Part shown: piece by piece, positions 59,267 to 64,000 of the stretch
Numbering within the stretch: the first letter of the stretch is position 1
Layout of the letters: each line of letters begins with the position of its first letter
Source: Desulfosudaceae bacterium
Lineage (GTDB): Bacteria; Desulfobacterota; Desulfobacteria; Desulfobacterales; Desulfosudaceae
Length of the DNA stretch: 64,000 bases
NCBI GenBank assembly: GCA_963674745.2
Contig: CAXXDV010000003.1
Coordinates: 2,560,001 to 2,624,000, forward strand
Direction: 5' to 3'
Position numbers and translations under genes: made by a program
Notes under the pieces: generated by a model
The model's input: only the letters and a program-made list of their open reading frames with translations
What the model was told of the DNA's origin: nothing
The model's database searches: none

Positions 59267-59320
59267 GAACCCAGAACCCAGAACCCAGAACCTCGAACCC
59301 CGAACCCCGAACCCCGAACC
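59267..59320 (-). repeat. Heptamer tandem repeat (GGTTCNR)n, about 8 units
   Basis: gaaccca x3, gaacctc, gaacccc x3, gaacc; abuts the stop codon of the 59320 gene. Confidence 0.9.
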
Positions 59321-59610
59321 TATATCGCATCCAGCTCATCAAACATTTCAATCACCGGTGGCTCGGCCAGCAGCGGCTCCAGTGCTTTGAAAGACTGCTT
59401 AAAATAATCGGTCGAACTGTGAGCCACCAGGGCCTCGGCACCGGTGTATTTCTCATAAAACAGAAAAACCGAGGGATCCTGCTGGAGTCGGTTGAGGGTA
59501 TAGACCAGGGTACCTTCCTCGTTTCTCACGTTGGGGATCAACCCTTTTAAAATATTCGCCATTTCATCTTCTTTACCTTTTTGGGCCTTTAATCTGGCAA
59601 CGACAACCAT
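59320..59610 (-). CDS. Antibiotic biosynthesis monooxygenase family protein
   Basis: R.EEG...Y, FLFYEKY, ALVAH..T.YF; AGGAG RBS. Confidence 0.88.
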   Translation of the reverse strand: MVVVARLKAQKGKEDEMANILKGLIPNVRNEEGTLVYTLNRLQQDPSVFLFYEKYTGAEALVAHSSTDYFKQSFKALEPLLAEPPVIEMFDELDAI

Positions 59611-59791
59611 GAGGTTCTCCTTTCTGAATGATAATTATAATTCTAAAATGATAATAAACAACCGGACAAAGAGTGAGCGTCTTGCAATTTTACGTATAAT
59701 GATTCAATAATGACAATTAACAGGATTAATCATTTATGTAATATAAGACAAAAATGGATAAAAATAAACGTCTTTGGCAGGGAATTGAAAT

Positions 59792-60775
59792 ATGACAATG
59801 CTCAGCGTCCACCACACGCCGGGTAAACACTGCGGCAGTACCGGTATCCGCGATCTGGTCAACTTTCACGGGCTTGATTTTGACGAACCCATGTGCTTTG
59901 GCATCGGCGCGGGCATGGGGATCTGGTACTTGAAACAAAAGGGCCTGCCGGCCACCCGGATGATTCATGTCCGTTCCCTTGACCTGGAACATCAGTTTTT
60001 CACCCGCATCGGCATGCCTTTCGCGTGGACGTACTATGAAACCCCTGAAGAAAGTGAAACCGACCTGCTGGCCTGCCTGGACAGGGGGCTTCCCGCCATT
60101 ATCCAGAGTGATATTTATCACCTGCCCTACTATCAATCCAGCACCCATTTTCCCGGCCACCTGATCACCGTTTGGGGATATGACGCGCAACGCCGGGTGT
60201 TTTTCGTCACGGACACCGAGCGCCCTGATGTCCAGGAGGTCCCGTTTGAAAGCATGAAAGCCGCCCGTTTTTCAGGGGGTGGTATTTTTGACCTTCGGGG
60301 CAACCTGTTCGCACCGTCATCCATATCGCCGCCGGCTGATCTGCCGGGGGTTATCCGGCAGGTCATTTCTTTTAACAGCCGCGTCCTGCTCGATGACAGC
60401 CATGACATGCAGGGGCTTGCCGCCCTGGACGCCTGGCACGAGGAACTGGACGCCTGGCCTGATTTTGAAGACTGGCAGTGGACGGCCCGCCTGGCCTACC
60501 AGATCATTGAAAAACGCGGTACCGGCGGCGGCGGTTTCCGGCTGATGTACCGGGATTTTCTCTCCCGCAGCCGGTCATATCTGCCGGATCTTATTTCCAT
60601 GGAACTGATAGACGGCATGGATCAATCGGCGTCGGCCTGGACGGCCCTGGCCGACGCCCTGAAAGCCGCCTCGGAGAACGGCAGGCCGGATTTTTCCGCC
60701 GTTAAAAACAGACTGCGGACGGTCAGGGACCATGAAACCGCTTTTCATGAAGCGGCTGTTAAACTTGATGCCTGA
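59792..60775 (+). CDS. BtrH/DUF4872-like papain-fold protein
   Basis: GKHCGST, EPMCFGIG.G, DIYHLPYY, HFPGH...WGYD, EKRGTGGGGFR.MY. Confidence 0.75.
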   Translation: MTMLSVHHTPGKHCGSTGIRDLVNFHGLDFDEPMCFGIGAGMGIWYLKQKGLPATRMIHVRSLDLEHQFFTRIGMPFAWTYYETPEESETDLLACLDRGLPAIIQSDIYHLPYYQSSTHFPGHLITVWGYDAQRRVFFVTDTERPDVQEVPFESMKAARFSGGGIFDLRGNLFAPSSISPPADLPGVIRQVISFNSRVLLDDSHDMQGLAALDAWHEELDAWPDFEDWQWTARLAYQIIEKRGTGGGGFRLMYRDFLSRSRSYLPDLISMELIDGMDQSASAWTALADALKAASENGRPDFSAVKNRLRTVRDHETAFHEAAVKLDA

Positions 60776-60809
60776 CAATAACGGCCGGGCAGAAGAAAAA
60801 GGATGGGCC

Positions 60810-61232
60810 ATGCCGACACAACTGCCTGCACCCTCTGTCAGCCGAATCGCCTTAACCGCGCTTGCTTATGCACTGGCTGTTTTATTGGGCGAATTGACCT
60901 TCGGAAACCCGGTTTTTCCGATAACCATCTGGTATTTTGAAACGCTTCCGGCCTGGCAGTGGAGTTTGCCCGTTCACCTGGCCGGGTTCATCTGGCTGGT
61001 GTCCATCAACCGGTTTTTTTTGAACTATTCCAAGGCCTTGCCGATAATTGCGACCACCCTGTTCTTCTTCATCGGTGAAACCCTCAACTGGTATTTCTGG
61101 GACTTTTTCACTTACGCCGGCGACCTTGCCTGGCATAAAGCCCTGTCCTTCTGGACGGTGATCCTCATGTACGCCGGTCTTTGCACCGGCGCTGTACTTT
61201 TATTAAGAATACCAGAAAAGGAAAACCCTTGA
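60810..61232 (+). CDS. Hypothetical membrane protein (about 4 TM)
   Basis: Hydrophobic ORF; AAGGA upstream of ATG 60810. Confidence 0.6.
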   Translation: MPTQLPAPSVSRIALTALAYALAVLLGELTFGNPVFPITIWYFETLPAWQWSLPVHLAGFIWLVSINRFFLNYSKALPIIATTLFFFIGETLNWYFWDFFTYAGDLAWHKALSFWTVILMYAGLCTGAVLLLRIPEKENP

Positions 61233-61263
61233 CGCACCGACCGGCCCGCTATATGTAACGGCC

Positions 61264-62139
61264 ATGTCGAAAACCAAAGGCCACCAAAGGGCAGCAAACC
61301 CGGAGCTGGATGAACTTGACCGCCGGACACCCGGAGGGGTCTATCTTTGCCAGGTCAGCGCCACGGTTTCCTGCGGTGCCTGCTGCGGCCTTTATAACGT
61401 CAACGACCTTTCCCGTGAGGCACTGACCCGGATGCTGGAAGACCGGACCGGCCGGTTTGCCCGGGTACCGCGGTCCATCGAAGCCATTGACGACTTTGCC
61501 GGTGAAACTTTCTTTCGTACCGAAGGGCAAAAACGCCCCATACCGGATTTCCACCACTGCCCGTTTCTGGGCCTGATAAGCCCCGGAAACTGTACTGTCG
61601 GTTGTCTGCTCCACCCGCTGGCCCAGGGCAATGACGGTGTTGACTGGCGGGGATTAAGCTACTACGGCGCTTTTGCCTGCGCCACCTATTTCTGCCCGAC
61701 CTGTCACCAACTTGCGCCGGGACACAAGCGCCTGATCCGGCAGGCGGCGGATAACTGGTATGACTACGGCCTGATGATTACCGAATCCGATATGCTGGCC
61801 ACGTTCCTGGACCGGGTGGAAAACCGGCTGGGGCAATCACTGGACGGACAACACATTGAACTGCGGCCAGAAGCACTAGACGCCCTCCGGCATTTTCTGG
61901 CCATCAAAACGACCTGGCCTTTCCGCGATCCGGACCGGTTCCGGGGGGCCAATTTTTTCTTTAACAAGGAGGAAAACCAGCCGCCGCCCATTGATTCCCA
62001 ACGTTCGGGGGGAGAAGGATCCGACTGGACGCCGGTTCTGAACGCGCTATGGTCAAAGCTGCCCGATCTAACGGCCTTGCGCGAAGCCGAATCGCACCTT
62101 AACCGCATGGCCGACGATATGGCCACGGCCCTTTCTTAA
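61264..62139 (+). CDS. Cys-rich hypothetical protein, putative Fe-S/Zn-binding
   Basis: LC...SCGACCG, CPFLG, GCLLHP, C..YFCP. Confidence 0.65.
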   Translation: MSKTKGHQRAANPELDELDRRTPGGVYLCQVSATVSCGACCGLYNVNDLSREALTRMLEDRTGRFARVPRSIEAIDDFAGETFFRTEGQKRPIPDFHHCPFLGLISPGNCTVGCLLHPLAQGNDGVDWRGLSYYGAFACATYFCPTCHQLAPGHKRLIRQAADNWYDYGLMITESDMLATFLDRVENRLGQSLDGQHIELRPEALDALRHFLAIKTTWPFRDPDRFRGANFFFNKEENQPPPIDSQRSGGEGSDWTPVLNALWSKLPDLTALREAESHLNRMADDMATALS

Positions 62140-62313
62140 TGGTTAAACTCCCAAGTAGTTATAGTATATGGATTGCATAATTTTCAGTTCAGACAAAGGT
62201 CTTGGAAGGGCCAAGGGTTCAGTGACTTGAAACCGACTTTTGGTCGTGATATCAATAAAAAGTTTTTCTGCGCTTGTGCAAAAATGAATTTTTAGCCGAA
62301 AGGGGTATGGGGC

Positions 62314-63171
62314 ATGAAATCTGTTTTAATTACCGGGGCGTCCACGGGTATCGGCCGGGAATGCGCGATCGACCTTTCCCGGGCCGGCTGGCGCGTGTTT
62401 GCCGGTGTCCGAAAAACCCAAGACGGAGAAGCGCTGCGAACCACATCCGGTGACAGCGTTGTTCCCGTAATTCTGGATGTGACCGACGATAAAAGTATTC
62501 AGCAGGCGGCCGCAACCGTTGAAGAACAACTGTCCGGAAGCGGACTTGACGGCCTGGTCAACAATGCCGGCATAACCGTTCAGGGTCCCCTTGAATTCGT
62601 GCCATTGGCCATGTTCGATCAGCAATTTCAGGTGAATGTCATCGGCCAGCTGGCCGTAACCCAGGCTTTTCTGCCGCTGATTCGCAAAAACCGGGGCAGG
62701 ATCGTATTTATGGGGTCTGAGAGCGGACGGTTCACGCTGCCCCTGCTGGGACCTTACTCGGCATCCAAGTTCGCCTTAGAAGCGGTTGCCACCGCCCTGC
62801 GCCTTGAGCTGAAACCCGCCGGCATCCGGGTCGCGCTGATGGAACCGGGAAGTGCCAAAACCAGGATCTGGGACAAGGCGACTGAAAACAGCGGCCGGAT
62901 CATCAACGCCATGCCGGAGCAGGCCCGGCAGCTATACGCTTCGGAGCTGGCACTTTTGTCCAAACTGCCGGCGCGGATGAACAAAATGGCCTTTTCTCCG
63001 AAAAAGGTGTCAAAAGCCGTGATTCATGCCCTGACCGCCGATCGGCCTAAAATCCGGTATGTTATCGGTTCGGAAGCAAAAATGATGGTGCTTTTCTACC
63101 ACCTGACGCCGGCGCGGATAACCGACTGGATGACCTTAAGAATTATGGGCCTGATGAAACGTTTCCTTTAA
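62314..63171 (+). CDS. SDR family oxidoreductase
   Basis: TGASTGIG, LVNNAG, YSASK. Confidence 0.93.
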   Translation: MKSVLITGASTGIGRECAIDLSRAGWRVFAGVRKTQDGEALRTTSGDSVVPVILDVTDDKSIQQAAATVEEQLSGSGLDGLVNNAGITVQGPLEFVPLAMFDQQFQVNVIGQLAVTQAFLPLIRKNRGRIVFMGSESGRFTLPLLGPYSASKFALEAVATALRLELKPAGIRVALMEPGSAKTRIWDKATENSGRIINAMPEQARQLYASELALLSKLPARMNKMAFSPKKVSKAVIHALTADRPKIRYVIGSEAKMMVLFYHLTPARITDWMTLRIMGLMKRFL

Positions 63172-63372
63172 TCAGCCTTGGGTATACCATAAAAATAACG
63201 GCAGCAGAAAAACGGCCAGAAGGATGATCAGCCCGGGCGGGCTGTAGTATGCTTTATACCAGGGGTCTCCCCGCTGATGTCCCCGCTTAACTCTTGTCAG
63301 GAACCAGTTACCGACCGCGATACCGCCGATCAGGCAGGCAATCATTTTCATCAAAATGACAAGGTTTTCCAT
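63172..63372 (-). CDS. Small membrane protein
   Basis: 66 aa with two hydrophobic segments. Confidence 0.6.
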   Translation of the reverse strand: MENLVILMKMIACLIGGIAVGNWFLTRVKRGHQRGDPWYKAYYSPPGLIILLAVFLLPLFLWYTQG

Positions 63373-63392
63373 GGAACTTCTCTCTTACCGGG

Positions 63393-63998
63393 CTATTCTG
63401 CAGATTGGTCGTTCTGCAGATCTGAGGGTTTTTTCATGATCCGGCCGGCCTTGTAAGAGAGCAGCTTAAAAGCAGACGGGTTTTCAGACGAAATACCGGC
63501 ATAGTCTTTTATATCCTCCTCTTCGGAAAGCGGAAACAGTGAAAGGGTATAGGTTTTTTTACCGGTCAAGGTAACCGTATAGGCCGGATTCGTAAATGTT
63601 TTATCCGTATCTCCGGCGAGATAACTGTCACACTCAAGATCGGACAGCATGTCCAGAAGCTCTTTTATCGCTTCCTGATCGACGGCTTGATCATCAGCGG
63701 TTTTCCAGACGGCCTGTTCGTCTTCCGGCGTCAAATTTTCCCCGGCGGCACTCTCATCGGATGCTTCAGCCGGGGCCGGCGCTTTGCTCAACTCCAGCGT
63801 TTCATCGGCCATGGCGATGGATATCTTCTCAATTTCATTTTTGTCAAAGGCAAGAACCGTCTGATCCCTTAAGTCCTCGATGGTTTTTGCAAACGTATCA
63901 TGAAAGCTGCCGCCGACGTGATAAACAAAAGGGTCTTCACCGACCCGGGCAAAGGTATATTGACCGGACGTAGCACGTTTACCGACGGTCAGATCCCT
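63393..63998 (-). CDS. DUF4340-like protein, C-terminal part (truncated by window edge)
   Basis: Frame open to the window end: LTVGKRATSGQYTFARVG..P.VY....F...IEDLRDQTVLAFD. Confidence 0.65.
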   Translation of the reverse strand, partial: RDLTVGKRATSGQYTFARVGEDPFVYHVGGSFHDTFAKTIEDLRDQTVLAFDKNEIEKISIAMADETLELSKAPAPAEASDESAAGENLTPEDEQAVWKTADDQAVDQEAIKELLDMLSDLECDSYLAGDTDKTFTNPAYTVTLTGKKTYTLSLFPLSEEEDIKDYAGISSENPSAFKLLSYKAGRIMKKPSDLQNDQSAE

Positions 63999-64000
63999 GA

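Overview
A 64-kb bacterial chromosome segment, GC-rich in core genes. Gene content and repeat style suggest a sulfate-reducing Desulfobacterales-like organism (inference). Housekeeping content: queE (3' end)-queC, an M48 protease, a GT4+HAD pair, type IV minor pilins (fimT/pilW/pilV/pilX-like), a tRNA nucleotidyltransferase, a TetR-TolC-HlyD-ABC-2 efflux operon, an HD-GYP protein, kdsB, guaA, dodecin, a sirtuin, a TIGR01212 radical SAM gene head-to-head with mnmG, rplM-rpsI, an Opp/Yej-type peptide ABC transporter, cystathionine gamma-synthase, an M16 protease and an SDR. I saw no rRNA, tRNA or CRISPR array. The unusual signals lie at about 17.9-35.6 kb. (1) A ~10.5-kb integrase-less island (2580-aa surface protein, companion protein, permease) is bracketed by two copies of an ABC-permease 3' end that differ only at synonymous sites, and is followed by a deletion-like scar. 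(2) Two AT-rich orphan genes are each enclosed by inverted arrays of degenerate 8-bp repeats, and the two loci share a conserved non-periodic motif. (3) An IS110-family (IS1111-type) element sits in one of these arrays at a CT core. Its downstream non-coding region carries bridge/seekRNA-like guides matching the repeat target and the donor junction, plus an extra 12-nt match to the target flank. All family assignments are by motif recognition; no searches were run.
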